Made by a program: the position numbers and the translations under genes. 64,000 nt of DNA, from the NCBI RefSeq assembly GCF_009914755.1, contig NC_060925.1; one strand, 5' to 3'. Under the pieces are notes generated by a model, which ran no database searches, was not told the DNA's origin, and was given only the letters and a program-made list of their open reading frames with translations. Source of the stretch: the human T2T-CHM13v2.0 reference genome, Homo sapiens. This document shows, one piece after another, positions 27,570 through 47,495 of the stretch (position 1 is the stretch's first letter; each line of letters starts with the position of its first letter).

Positions 27570-27760
27570 CAGTATAGTGGTTAAACATGGGCCCTACAGC
27601 CAGGTTGCCTGGGATCAAGATTCACCACCTATATCAACTTGGACAAGTGACTTTGACTTTTCATTCCTCAGTTTCCGCAACTGTGAAATGGACATGGTAA
27701 GAGTATCTTCCTCCCAAGGTGGTTGTCAGGGTTAAATGAGCTAAGGCCTATAATACGATT
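27570..27760 (+). mobile_element. MIR SINE
   Basis: agtatagtggttaaacatggg..ttggacaagtgact..cctcagtttccgcaactgtgaaatgg. Confidence 0.8.
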
Positions 27761-27789
27761 TGGTGCATGTTAAGTACTTAAATATTAGA

Positions 27790-28883
<1,094 letters not shown>

Positions 28884-29094
28884 TAGTCTCCACCTTCTCA
28901 TCTGAATTTCCAGTAGGTCTCCAAGCCTGAGCCCAACCACCACTGGCTTGGCCCAGCTCACACTCTCCCTTCCTGCCCCTGACAAAAGCTGCAGCTGGCA
29001 GAAGTGAGCTGTTCAAATCTTTTACTGTTGACACAACCACACATCACCACAGGTCATCACTGTCAGTCATTCAGCAAACCCTCACTCAACATGG

Positions 29095-29290
29095 CAGAGG
29101 GTCACAGAGTTCAGAACACAAGCCTTAGAGAGGCCACCTCTCAGCTGTGCCACCTCTAACTATGTGACCGTGACCGGAGCCCTTTACCTCTCTCAGCCTG
29201 CTTCTTCATTCAAAAACAGGGATAATAATAGAACCTACCTCAGGGTTGATGTAAGTGCTCACTAAAAGATAACTATTAATATTATCATTA
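29095..29290 (+). mobile_element. MIR SINE
   Basis: gggataataatagaacctacctcagggttg. Confidence 0.75.
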
Positions 29291-30039
29291 TACTTATGCA
29301 GCAGGCACTATGCTGGATGCAAGCAGGGCACAAAGTTGAATAAATCTAACTCTAACGTCCTCTTGGAGGGAAGTCAGGTATTGAACAATTAATTACAATG
29401 CAGGAGATAAGTACTATCGGGGTATCTATCAGAGCACCCACTCCAGGCCTCCAGCCCCAAATCTCAAGACCTCAAGGAAGGAACTGAGGGGGCTCCTCCC
29501 ACCTTGACTTTAGCTGGAGCTGACAATCTGCCAAAGAGGACTGGCATTGGAAATCAATGCGCCTTGATTACAGAAAACTCTTTCTGACTTTCTAAAGACA
29601 CACCAAACAGACAGACTTCCCCTAAATCCTCAGAGCAGAGCCCCGATCAGCCCTCCTCTTCCCCAGACAGCCCTGCCCCATCACCCCGCCAGCCCTTGCC
29701 TTCTGCCGTATCTCTTTCCTGCAGGTACCCCAGGCGCTGCTCTTCACTTGATGCCTACTGCCCCGTGTTTGCACCAAGGAGGCCTCAGTTGCCCCAGTGA
29801 TGACTGTCCCCAGCTTGGCCAGCAGGCAAGGACACGATGTGTCAAGGCCAGGCTGTTTAGAGGCCAACACTGAGCGCAGATAGGCCAGTCCCTTAATGGC
29901 AGAGGACTAAGCTGGTGGACCAGGAACTCATTATCCAGCTGCCCAGGGCAATAGAAGGAAGTCAAACGGAAGCACCCACTGCTGGGGGAGCACAGAGGGA
30001 GTGGGCCAGGGCTGGGGAGGCCTGGCTCAGGGTCACAGC

Positions 30040-30240
30040 CATTTTTGTTGCATGCCTACTCTGCACCGGGCACTGTGCAAATGGTCACACCCATTAACTC
30101 ATTGTGTCCTCATGGAAAGGGGGACTGTTTTTCTCTCCATTATTTAGATAAGCAGATTGAGACCCACAGCATGGAGGAGCTTCTGCAGGTCCCGCAGCTG
30201 GTGGATGGCAGAGCTTGATTCCCCATTCAAGCCCACACAC
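30040..30240 (-). mobile_element. MIR SINE
   Basis: attaactcattgtgtcctca..ccattatttagataagcagattgagaccca. Confidence 0.65.
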
Positions 30241-30891
30241 AAGCCACTCCCCTGGCCTGTAACATCTGCTCCTCTAGGGCCTCCCGGGCTGCAGGCCTTG
30301 CATGGGCTCTTGGGACACTGAGCTGAACAAGATACAGTCCCTGTCCTGGAAAAGTTCACAGTTAAAGGTGGACAGAGAGCAGCGGCCATTTGCAAGAAAC
30401 CTGATGGAAACCTGATTGATAGAAGTGTCCCTGATGGAAGGACACTCACGACTCTGACACAGCATGCAAGCAGCAGCTGACTGTGCCCTGGTCCTGGGGA
30501 ACTGCCCTGAGGTGCATCCTGGAGCTGGACCTTGCAGGACTTTCTCAAGGGACTGCTCTTCCAGCAAGGGGAACCTTAGGAGCAAGGGCCACCTGAGTCC
30601 AGGTTCTGTTCTAACTTCTGACCCCAAGTCAGGGAACTGGGTCTTATTCCTTGGGCCTTGGAAAGGTCCTTCTTTTAGCATCCTGGGCAGCAGCCAGGGC
30701 TTTGGAGTCAGAGAAGCCAAGGCCAAATCCCCCCTCTCCCACTTTCTAGCTGTGCAATCTTAATCCTCAAGACAACAATAATAATGCATGGATGGAAACA
30801 TGGATTAATTAATTAATTAAGGGGAGGGCTGGTAGATCCAGAGCTCCTGGCTGGAACCAGGTCAGTTCCAGAACCTGGACCAAGGTCAAGC

Positions 30892-31640
30892 AATCATTCA
30901 TTCATGCCTGCAGGCAACACATATTTGTTGAGCACCTACTATGTGCGTGCCAAGCACTATTCTAGGTGCTGGGGATACCACAGAGAACAAAATATATGTC
31001 TAATGCCCATAGTTGCTACAGAGAAAAACGAACTAGGATAAGGAAGGTAGGGGGGCCCCAGAGTGAGGAAGGCTTTACTTTTAGATGGAAGGGTCAAGGA
31101 TGCATCACAAGTGTCCTGAAGGAGACGAGGAATTGAGCCCCAAAGATACCTGGAGGAAGAGTGTCCCATTTAAAGAGGAGAGTGGGGAATCTTGCCTGTG
31201 TGCAATGAGGTGGCCAGAAGGCCAGTGTGTCTGGGAAGGTGGTAGAGCTGGATCACACAGGCCTTGGTCTTCACTGGGATTTGGACTCTCATTCAGAGTA
31301 AAACGGGAGCCACAGGGGAGCTTTAGGAAGAGGAGTGACAGAGTATGACAGATAGAACATGCTGCTGTGCTAAATACAAAGAGAGAAAGAGGGAGGTCAG
31401 TGAGTGAGGAGGCTATTGCGACGTCCAGGTGAGAGACAGTGGAGGCTTGGTCCTGAGTGGTCACAGTGGAAGTGGTGAATTCTGAATAGATTTTGAAGGT
31501 AGAGCTCACTACATTTGCTGAGCGATTGAATGTGAGGTATAAAAGAAAGAGAAGAGTCAAGGATGGCACCAGAGTTTTGACCTGAGCAACTGGAAGCATG
31601 GAGCTGCCATGCTGGGATGGGGAAGTCAGTGAGAAGAGAG
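30892..31640 (-). mobile_element. L2a fragment including the ORF2 C-terminus
   Basis: Tail tatttgttgagcacctactatgtg; minus-strand ORF peptide GAILDSSLSFIPHIQSLSKCSELYLQNLFRI resembles the L2 ORF2 C-terminus. Confidence 0.9.
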
Positions 31641-33647
31641 GACGTCCACATAAAGATGGCAGCTTGGACACGCACAGCCACTGCAATGCTAAAGTCATCC
31701 CTTGGGTGCTCCAATAACAGTGATGAGATTTCTTTAAATGTCTGAGGGAATGAACCCTCAGGATGGGAGAACAGGAGAGGGGACAATAACAATGAAATTT
31801 CAGGAGCTGGAAAATAAACGAATGATTGAGAAAAATGCATCAGAAAAAAAAAGTCCCCCAAAGGCTCAGGGTTTGGCAGCACCAGTTACCTCTGGAAGCT
31901 GAGGTGAAGGAGAAGTTACAACAAAGAGGAGCCTTTGAAAGGCTGTTTCAGAAGCTGTCATTGTCCCAGACTAGACACCTCTAGACTGGGGGACACCGGG
32001 CTCAGTGCATGCAGTGGCACTCTATTGATGACACAGAGTTTCCATGAAAATGAGCAGTCTGGATGCCAAGACCCCAACCATGACAAACCACTCTGCTCTT
32101 GGGACACTGACGGCCAGACTTATACCCTCCAGACAGACAATTGGAAGAGTCTTCTCTGGGGAGCATGATGGACCAAGGAGAAAATATTATACCTAGAGAA
32201 ACCCTAGAGATATCAACATGGAAGTTTCTCCAATTAAACAGCCCAGTCACACCATCCTACAAGGAAGCCCACAGCCCACAAGACCCACTCATGTACTCAG
32301 AGCTTCTAATCAGCTTATGCTTTCCTATTTTAAAATACATGCAAGATAACTGAGGTTTACTAGACATCAGAAGAAAGCCTCTAATCTGAAAGATAAAGAA
32401 CAAAACACAGAGAAAACACCAACTTGAGGATAACAGAGAATAGCAAGGAGAGGGGGGAGAAAACCTCCTTAATATCATCAGAGAGACAACAAAAGACATG
32501 CATGAAATTGAAATAGGATTCTCATAAAAAAATAGGAAGAGAACAAAATAAAAGAGCTTTTAAAAATGAAAATACAATGGCAGAAATTAAAAAGGGAAAG
32601 TTGGAAGACAGGGTTGAGCTCTTCTAGAGTGACAGATGCAGAAAATGGAAGAGAAGTGTTTTTAAATTAGGATTTGTCCAGGAGTTTCATCTTCTAAAAA
32701 GAATTTTTAAAAAGTAGAGTGGAGGGAATCATCAATAAAATCATTCAAGAAAATTTCACAGACCCAACGAACAGCTTTCTAGATTTCAAGAACTCACAGA
32801 GGGCCCAGCACAGTAAGTGAAAACAGACACATTATTGTCTATTTTCATTATTAAATAGACACACCAAGGCATATTATTGTGAATTGTCACTACCCTGGAA
32901 ACTAAGAGAAGATTCTCTACTTCCACATTTAAAAGATTAGGAATACAGAACAGCTTCCTTCTGAAGGCAATACTGATAGCCAGAAGGTAATAGAGTAAAG
33001 CCTTCAAATTCTGATGGAAAATAATTTCCAGGCGAGAATTCTATACCTAGCCTAAAAGCCAATCAAGGATAGGGATAGAAGAAAGACATTTTCAGATGTG
33101 CAAAGTCTCAAAAAACCAACATTCCACGTATCTTTTCGCAGGAAGTACTGGAGGATATGCTCCACCAAAACAAGGGAATAAAACAAGAAAGAGGAAAATA
33201 TGAGATACTGGAAACTGAACATCCAACACAAAAGAGAGACGGAGGAACCCTCCAGGTTGACAGTAAAGAGAGAGCCTAGGATGACACCTGTGTGCTAGGT
33301 GTAAAAAGCAACCAGTCCAGCCTTAAGCAGGTCACAAGGCTCTGGAAGATTTCATCAGGAGGATGAAATTGATAAAAAACCTGATGCATCTAATTGTCTT
33401 GAGAGAAAATGTACACTATTGGTCAGGAGTTTGGCATACTTAATTTGTTACAAGTACAAGCAAACAAATATATCTTTTTAAAAAGGCAACTAGTAACTCC
33501 AGGGAAAACAAAAACTTGCACAGAGAAAAAAAAAGAAATCATAGCATTACTGGGAGGATAGGAGAATGGAGAGAGCAAGTTAAGGACTGGGAAGGAGAGC
33601 AAAGAGAGCTAAATCATCATCTTCCCCAGTGCAAAGTCAAACAGCTA

Positions 33648-38246
<4,599 letters not shown>

Positions 38247-38811
38247 AAGTTAATTAACTAACCAAAAAAAAAGAAAATTCAAGAAGCAGTGAAACAAGCA
38301 TGTCATTTAGAAACATGAATACAAATGTCAAAATAATCAGCTAAAAGAAGTCAAAGTGGTTTCCTCTCTGGGGTGGGGGAAATGAGAGTGAGTTAATTTT
38401 ATAATAAACCTCGTAGAACTGTGTTATTATTTAAACCGTGTGTGTATGCCTTTTTGATAAAGATTAAAACTTTTGGATTTATAAATAAAACCTTTAGTCT
38501 TAGGTTCTGAGCCACCCCATTGCAGAGCTTGGAGGCTGTAAGGAGGGTAGCTGGCCAGGTACCTTAAATTTGCTCTTGCAGAACTGAAAGCTTATACATT
38601 TGGCCGAGGGCCAGCCAGGTTCTGGCCCCAAAGAGAGGGAACAGGTGGGGCTATGGGGTTATTCCAAGGCTGTAGATCTTGCCTGATCCTACCCACTGCC
38701 TTGAAAATCTGGGCCTCTGCTTAAAGGAGAATTATTCAGAGTACACAGTGGTCTAGAGGAAACAGGCCCACTGCTGGGGAAACTGTCAACTGATCTAAAA
38801 TCCGCTGGCCT

Positions 38812-39030
38812 ACAATGAACACCTACTGTGTACCAGGCACCTCCACAGACATCCTCTTGTAATCATCTCAAGGACCCTGGGAGGCAGGTGTATTGATCCC
38901 CGTGCTACAGATGAGGAAACTGAGGCTCAGGGAGGTTTAGCAGCTTGCCTGGAGCCACAAAGCTAAAAAGATCCAGGTTAAGATCCCAAGTCTGGCCATC
39001 CCCCAGTCCAGCACTCTATTCACTACAGAG
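38812..39030 (-). mobile_element. MIR SINE
   Basis: acagatgaggaaactgaggctcagggaggttt. Confidence 0.85.
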
Positions 39031-39407
39031 CTTTCCAGTGCAGAGGAGGCAGGGAAGGGACTTGAGAAAGGGGAGCCCCTTCTCTGAGCAATAGAAACCA
39101 TGTTTGAGCTCAGCTCATTCCAGGATGTGAGTCATAGTGAGAAGCCCAAGTTAATCACGAGACAATGAAGGCTCTAACTTGGAGAAATGACTCCACAGGC
39201 TCCATGGGAGCTGCAAGCAGTGGCTCAAAACAGGCAGGTCCAGCCCCACAGCGTTCCACATCACTAGAGGATATCGTCCGTCACTGCTCCTCTGCTTTTG
39301 GGGCCATTCAGATGTAGAACCAGACTTCAAGACTACCCTTGGACCTCTGATGCCAGTTAGGGCCACCCCACACCAAACTCCAGGTGAGAGTCAGCAGTGA
39401 CTTTTTA

Positions 39408-39540
39408 ATCTGGAAGGGACCTTAGCCACCATCTAGTCCACTATTCTTATCGCACAGATGGGAGATGAAAACCTCAAACAGAAAAGAGTTGCTCGGGGTC
39501 ACACAGCGAGCGAATTCGCCACCAAGCCAGCTCTCCAGCC
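39408..39540 (-). mobile_element. MIR3-like SINE
   Basis: ctggaagggaccttagccaccatctagtcca..acagatgggagatgaa. Confidence 0.75.
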
Positions 39541-39709
39541 AAAGCGTTCTGCATGCCGCCTTCCCTGCCTCTTCCTCCTGTTAGTGCCAGTGCCCTCCTG
39601 CTTCTCACTGCCACACCCCCAACCTGGACGCCCCCTGTTCTCTTCGTAGTCACACATGTCGCGTCATTACTTTCTCCTTATACACCCAAGCCCAGCACCA
39701 GGAAAACTA

Positions 39710-40202
<493 letters not shown>

Positions 40203-40344
40203 TCACTTCCCCAGAATCTTTATATTTTAAAAGAATCTTAGAATATCTCTTCCTCTCCCTCTCCCACTCTCTTTCCACAACACACAGGTACCTCAACGAC
40301 CCCTGGGAAAGGCAATCATGGGTTCACATATATCATTAGGTTTG

Positions 40345-40715
40345 GATTCAGATAGGCAGACTTCGGGTCTATCTAATTCTAGGTCTGACATTTAGTAACT
40401 ACATGACCTTGGGACAGTCACTCAACTTTTCTGAACCTCAGTTTTTTCATCTGTAAAGTGGGGACAAGAATACTCCCCTTCCAGGCTGGGCCCAGTGGCT
40501 CACACCTATAATCCCAGCACTTTGGGAGGCTGAGATGGGAATTTGAGATCAGCCTGGCCAACACAGCAAGACCCTGTCTCTATAAAAATAAAGAAAAATA
40601 AATATATATTTTAAAATACTCACCTTTCAAAGACACGGCAAGGATGAAGGGAAGTTGATGGCTGTGGAGTCCTTTACACAGTACCCAGAGCAGAGTGAAC
40701 CCCAGAAATGCTGAG
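40345..40715 (+). mobile_element. MIR interrupted by a FLAM
   Basis: catgaccttgggacagtcactcaacttttctgaacctcagttttttcatctgtaaagtgggga. Confidence 0.8.
40484..40612 (+). mobile_element. FLAM-type Alu monomer with an internal deletion
   Basis: Left monomer only plus A-rich tail; decayed TSD AATACTCMCCTT. Confidence 0.85.
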
Positions 40716-41722
40716 GTAGACAGAGAGAAGGAGGGAGGAAGGGAGACCTACAGGCTTTTCTTTTTTCTACAACAGTCGTAATTATTTCATGCACGAATCT
40801 TGTCTCTCCACTAGAGCTCCCTGAGGCTGAAAACACAACTTCTGCTTCTGAACCCCTACCCCACCCAGCACAGGGTTTACATCATAGTGGGGACCCCAAA
40901 ATCCTTTGTCTCCCTGCTTATTACAGAAAGACCAGCTTGATAGGGAAACCCACAGACCTGGATTGTGGCACCGGCAAACCTCCTCTCTGGCAAGGAGTTC
41001 AGAGCGGCTTTTCACAGGGTCCCTGGGAGGCAGTCAGGACCAGCTCCCCCTCATTTCACAGATGGGCAGACTGAGGGCCACGGCCTAGGCAGCAGTGCCA
41101 AAGACCCAGAGTCCTGACCATCAGCCCTCCCCCACCACCAGTGCTGCGAGGCCAGCTCAGCCTCCGGGTCCACTTAGGTCCTCCTCCTGTCCACATTCGA
41201 GCCCTGTGTTGTGATGGCACTGCTGGGATGCTCTCTTGATGCCTGCTTTATTTTTAGATGCTCTAAGACTGTTGGGGAAGAAGAAGAGACCCACTTTCCT
41301 GTTCAGAAACATTGTCATCACTTTGAAAACGCCTCCTCCGTCTGTCACAAAAAGGCAGCTGGGCCTTCCACTTTGCAGTGCCACAGCTCCAGAGCCATAC
41401 ACGCTCCCATATCCTCCAGGCAGCCTGGCCCCTGCCCGAGTACTCCCCAGTTTATCTCACACCCTGTTCCTTCACTCTCAACCCTCCACAAAACCCCTGG
41501 GGCCTGGGATCCATCCTATTCTCCCTCCCTCCACCCTGGCTTTGCATCTGCCCTTCGTTCAGCCTGGAAGCCCTTCCCTCTTGCCTCTCTCGTGGGAAAG
41601 AAGGAACCTATTCACCCTTCAGCTGCAGCTTAAATATCAGACCAAGACGATCCCCTGGTCTGCACCCAGAACTTCTCTTTTGTAACACAGTCCACATATT
41701 AGCAACTACTTAAGAATTTACA

Positions 41723-42009
41723 GGCTAGGCAAAGTGGCTCATGTCTATTATCTCAATACTTTGGGAGGCCAAGGTGGGAGGACTGCTTAAGCTCAGGAGT
41801 TCAAGACCAGTCTAGGCAATATAGTGAGACCCCATCTCTACCAAACATAGAAAATTAGCTGGACATGGTGGTGTGAGCCTGTCATCTCAGCTACTCGGGG
41901 GGCTGAGGTGGGAGGATCGCTTCAGCCTGGGAGGTCGAGGTTGCAGGGAGCCGTGATCACGCCACTGCACTCTAGCTTGGGCGACACAGCAAGACCCCAT
42001 CTCAAAAAC
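41723..42009 (+). mobile_element. AluJ inserted within an L2 (+) fragment (~41430-42190)
   Basis: ggaggactgcttaagctcaggagttc..gaggtcgaggttgcag; TSD AAGAATTT; L2 tail cccaataaacatttgttgactgactg. Confidence 0.92.
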
Positions 42010-42632
42010 AAGAATTTGCTACTAATTTCTAAATTGTTTTTCTCTTTTATATAATAATTTCATCCCTGTTAGGTTGAAAGATCCATGATGCTAAGCCCTC
42101 CTCCACCTTGATCCCCGCCATCCCCAGTGCCTAGCAGAGCCCCTAGCACATTGGAGGTGCCCAATAAACATTTGTTGACTGACTGATTCACTTCTAAGGC
42201 CAAGGAATGCTCCCCCTTGAGCGTTGCGATCAGTTCCTGTACGTGATTCCATCCAGTCCTCACAACAGCCTCTGAGCAGGGAGTGGTTACCCCCCTTTCA
42301 CAAAAGAGAAGACAAGCTTGGAGAGGTGAGGTGACCTGCTCAAGGTCACACTAGGTGTGAGGGTTGGGATGCAAATTCAGGTCCCACAGAAGCACCCTCC
42401 CCATCAAATCCCCTTCCCCTGAAGGCTGTTAGGAGAAGGTCGTCGTGCCATCCATCCTCAGTCCTTGGGGACAGCCCAGACCTGCCCCAGGCTCCAAACA
42501 GGCTAGAATCAGCCCCGCTCTGCAGACGACCCAGTTGCTATAGGGCCTCCTCCTTCTGCCCACCCACCCCCGGTGAGGTGCCCATGGAGGGTCTTAGGCT
42601 GCTAAATCCCTCCCAGGGAGACCGTGGCGCCC

Positions 42633-42651
42633 CAGCGCCCTCTAGTGGTGG
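42633..42651 (-). promoter_or_regulatory. Strong CTCF motif (minus strand CCACCACTAGAGGGCGCTG)
   Basis: Plus strand cagcgccctctagtggtgg matches the CTCF core CCAC[CT]AG[AG]GGGCGC; CpGs retained locally. Confidence 0.7.
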
Positions 42652-42664
42652 CAGGAAGAGTCTG

Positions 42665-42800
42665 TGGGGAGGGCAAGGAAGGGGAAAGGGAATAGGTTGC
42701 GGGAGGGAGGAGGTGAGGAAGGGGAGAGAGGATAAGAGATGGGAAGAGAAAGGTGGAGCTGAGAAAGGGAGGGGGAGAGGAGCAAGAGGAGGCAAGTGGG
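42665..42800. repeat. GA-rich polypurine low-complexity tract
   Basis: Direct reading. Confidence 0.7.
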
Positions 42801-43155
42801 GCACTTTGTCCTGGGCCCTGGAGTCCCTTCTCCTCTCTGGTGCTCCCTCTGACAGTTGCCACCCTGGGTTTCTGCCCTCCAGCTGGCCTAGCCCTGGGGG
42901 CCTGAGAGGGACATCCCTGCTCCAGGGAATTGCTGATTCGGAAGGTCCATCTCCTGGTCAAAGCTCTCTCCCAGCTGAAAAGGGGCTGGGAAGAACTCCA
43001 TCCGTCTCCTCTCCACCTCCTCTCACCCATCAGAGTCAGTAGGGGCTTCCAGATGCCCCCCGCCCCACAACCACAAGGACACACACCACCCGGCTCTGCC
43101 CCAGCCTTTCCCTTCTCCCTCCCTGCCCAGCCACCCCAAAATCCCAGCAGCTGCA

Positions 43156-43169
43156 GTTGCCATAGAAAC
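43156..43169. promoter_or_regulatory. RFX X-box GTTGCCATAGAAAC
   Basis: Consensus match in unique sequence. Confidence 0.6.
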
Positions 43170-43629
43170 AGCACCCCCACCCCACCCCCACCCCTTTCAC
43201 ACAAATAAACTGCAACCTGGGGAACAGGGAGCCGCTGGAAGAGGCCGAATGTGCAGAGCCAGCTCATTTCCCGCTCCTCTCACTTCAGGATAATTAGTGC
43301 AAATTAAATTTCACACCCCTTCTCCCGAGCAGTTAGAGCTCCCTGGGAATGGATACTCACGATTCATGGGGGAACATGCTCAGATGTCTCTTTGCAATGT
43401 GCAAATACAAGAGAACATTTCTCAGCTTCGAATTCTCAACAATTCCCCAAAGTTGGCACTAAGGCAGGAGTGCAGGGCCAGGAAGTAAGTGTGCATGTCC
43501 GAGTGAGGTGGGGACAGGTCCCCCCAGAGACGGGAGACTTGAGTCCAACACTCAGCTCTGGCACCCTTCCCCTAGGTTTTCTCACCTGTAAAGCCATAAA
43601 GAGGGGCCAAGTCACCGAAGAAAAGAAAC

Positions 43630-43757
43630 CTGCTGGTCACCAAGGCCTCCAGCTCAGAAGGGTCCCTTCTTGGTTTAAGACTCTGCTTTCTAATTTTTGA
43701 ACAAGAAGCCCACATTTTCATTTTGCAATGGATCCTGCCAATTTTCCAACCGGTCCT
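43630..43757. mobile_element. MER91A-like hAT-Tip100 MITE
   Basis: gctcagaagggtccc..ttggtttaa..taatttttgaacaag..cattttcattttgca..ccggtcct. Confidence 0.7.
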
Positions 43758-43917
43758 CCTTGCACGAGTTTATTTATGCATATTAGGTATCTGGGTGAGG
43801 AAACATGCACAACACTCCTAGGCGCAAATAATAATAATAGCACCCGCTGTGGGCCGGATGCTGCTCTGAGTGCTCTATGTGGCTTCATCCTCACAGCAAG
43901 CCTGTGAGTGGTTTAAC

Positions 43918-44390
43918 ACAGGGCTTCTCAAATGTTAAGGTGCCTGGGCCTGGGGATCATGCTGGAGCACAGGGTCTAAATCAGCAGATCTTGGGGAAGG
44001 CCTGTGATTCCGTATTTCTTTCTTTCTTTTTTTTTTTTTTCTTTTTGAGACAGAGTCTCTCTCTGTCGGCCAGGCTAGAGTGCTGTGGTGCAATCTCGGC
44101 TCACTGCAACCTCTGTCTCCGAGGCTCAAGCAATTCTGCCTCCGCCTCCTGAATAGCTGAGATTACAGGTGTGTGCCACCGCGCCCAGCTAATTTTTGTA
44201 TTTTTAGTAGAGATGGCGTTTCACCATGTTGCCAGGCTGGTCTCAGACTCCTGACCTCAGGTAATCTGCCCAGCTCAGCCTCCCAAAGTGCTAGGATTAT
44301 TGGCGTGAGCCACCGCCCCGACTGACATTTCTAACAAGCTCCCAGGGGAGACTGATACTGCTGTCCCTGAGAACTCATTTGACAAGCAAG
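43918..44390. mobile_element. MER5-like MITE interrupted by an Alu
   Basis: cagggcttctcaaa..aatcagcagatcttgggg | catttctaacaagctcccagg..ctgatactgctg. Confidence 0.65.
44016..44323 (-). mobile_element. Full-length AluS
   Basis: poly(T)-tgagacagagtctc..gacctcaggt..cccaaagtgctaggatta. Confidence 0.95.
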
Positions 44391-44399
44391 GGCAGCAAA

Positions 44400-44743
44400 A
44401 GCGTGGCCTAGTAAAGGCCTTGGTGCTCCTGTCCCCTTCTCTGGAAATGCCTAGGAGATACTTCTTCCTCCAGGTGAGGGCTAGGAACACACGGCCAATT
44501 AATGGCTGGCAAGGGCTGGCCTCCTTCTCTTATGGTGGCCACCTCTGCGAAGCTATTTATGATTCAGAGCTCCCCATGGGATCAGGCTGAGACTAGACAC
44601 CAGCTGACCCCACATCTCAGCTTTGAGCTTTTCCTCCAGTTCTACCCTGTTTCCCACACTGGCTTGCAGTTTCTCCCACAATAAATTGCTTGAGTAAGAA
44701 TGCTTGTCTCGGGCCCTGCTTCCCAGCAACCCAACCTAAGGCA
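44400..44743 (+). mobile_element. LTR16C-like ERVL LTR
   Basis: cagagctccccatgggatcaggctgagactagac..caataaattgctt..ctgcttccc..acccaacctaaggca. Confidence 0.75.
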
Positions 44744-45388
44744 GGGAGATACTACCATTTTCCTTATTTTAATGATGCAGAAACTGACCAAGAGGTTAGC
44801 TTGCCCAGAACATATAAGTGATAGAGGCAAAAGTTGAACAGGCAGACTCATTCCACTACCTCTATATACTTGGATATACAATGCAAATCCGTTTTTGGAC
44901 TCGCATACATACACTCACATCAATGCACCTGTTTACATGCATGTCTATATACACAGCATATTTTTGTGTGCAAAACGACACTCATATGCACACAAGTAGA
45001 TATCAGTTCACTCAAACACCTACTTCCACACATGCACACACCCCTGACATCTACATCCCCAAAGATGAAAATGTGCATATTCATTCATTCATTCAATTCA
45101 TAAATGAATTGTCACATACGTGCTTGGACATCTTTTCACCAAGTCTCAGTGCAGACTTCGCCCCCTCCTGGAGCTTTCCCTGCCTCCCTGAGTGATATGG
45201 TTTGCATCTGTGTCCCCACCCAAATCTCATGTTCGATTATAATTCCCAGTGTTGGAGGTAGAGCCTGGTGGGAGGTGACTGATCATGGGGGTGGGTCCTT
45301 CATGAATGGTGTAGCACCATCCCTTTGGTGCTGTTCTGGTGATAGAGTTCTCACAAGATCTGGTCGTTTAAATGTGTGTGGCACAGTC

Positions 45389-45978
<590 letters not shown>

Positions 45979-46250
45979 TTATAAATTACCCAGTCTCAGG
46001 CATTTCTTTATAGCAGTGTAAAAATGGACCAAGACACTGAGATTAGGTCCAGAGTCCCTCAGGCCCCGTCCTCACCCCTTTTTCCAGTCTGTCTCCTCTG
46101 CCAGTCTGAGAGCTCCTCTGGGACAGGGTACTTGGTCTGATTTGCCATTGTAACCACAGGGTCTGGTACAGGGCCTGGCCCATAGTAAGTGTGCCATACA
46201 CATTTGTCGAGCTGAATTTAATCCAGCTCTGCCATTTACTAGCCATGTGA

Positions 46251-46647
<397 letters not shown>

Positions 46648-46679
46648 TGACCCAGTCAAGTCTTAAGGAAAGTACTAGA

Positions 46680-47495
46680 AAACATTTCTTAAAGGACAGG
46701 AAGGGGCATTGAGCTGAAATTTGAAGGCATGTCAGAATTCAGCCAGGTGAAGAGGGAAAAGAAGAGTTCCAGGCAGATGGAATAGCATGTGATGTGCAAA
46801 GGCTCAGAGGTAAGAAGGAGCTGAAAGGAGAAATCTGCGTGCCTGGAGTGCGGTAGGGAGATTGCCCATGGAGAGGTGCTGAGGAGCCACAGTTTGCATT
46901 TTATCTTGAAGGCAATGGAGAGCCGTTGAACATTTTAGTGAGGACACAGCTGATGTGGGTTTTTAAGCACCCAAGCCAGGCGCGGCAACTCACGCCTGTA
47001 ATCCCAGCACTTTGGGAGGCCTAGGCGGGCGGATCACCTAAGGTCAGGAGTTTGAGACCAGCTTGGCCAAAATGGTGAAAACCCATCTCTACTAAAAGTA
47101 CAAAAAATTAGCCAGGGGTGGTGGCGCGCACCTAGGTTGAGGCAAGAGAATTGCTTGAACCCAGGAGGCGGAGGTTGCAGTGAGCTGAGGTGGCACCACT
47201 GCACTCCAGCCTAGGGGACAGAGAGAGATTCCATCAGAAAAAAAGAAAAAAGCACCCAGGTTGCTATGTAGAGACTGGATCAAGGCTGAGGTTGGAGAGC
47301 AAGAATGGAAGTGCAGACACCATTTGAAACACTGTTGCTGGCAGCCAGGCATGGGCATGAGATGACAGCGACTGGGATCTGGGATTAGGATGGGGTCAGT
47401 TGAACCAGAGAGAAGCAGATGGTTTCTACACAATCAGAAGGTAGCATCAAGAGGTCTAGTAACAGCTTGGATGTAGAAACTCAGAGAGAAGGAAT
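46680..47495 (-). mobile_element. L2 fragment interrupted by an Alu
   Basis: gagctgaaatttgaagg..ttccaggcagatggaatagcatg..gcaaaggctcagagg..ggcaatggagagccgttgaa. Confidence 0.75.
46974..47250 (+). mobile_element. AluS with a small right-arm deletion
   Basis: Dimeric Alu lacking gtaatcccagctactc; TSD AAGCACCCA. Confidence 0.94.

Noticed and set aside
30805-30820. (TTAA)4 perfect palindrome
   Set aside because: Simple microsatellite; no supporting context.
31105-31882. 197-aa and 161-aa minus-strand ORFs
   Set aside because: Frameshifted pieces of the L2 ORF2 C-terminus running into antisense HAL1.
42602-43267. 221-aa ORF, the longest in the window
   Set aside because: Open because of GC-rich and polypurine low complexity; no recognisable domain.
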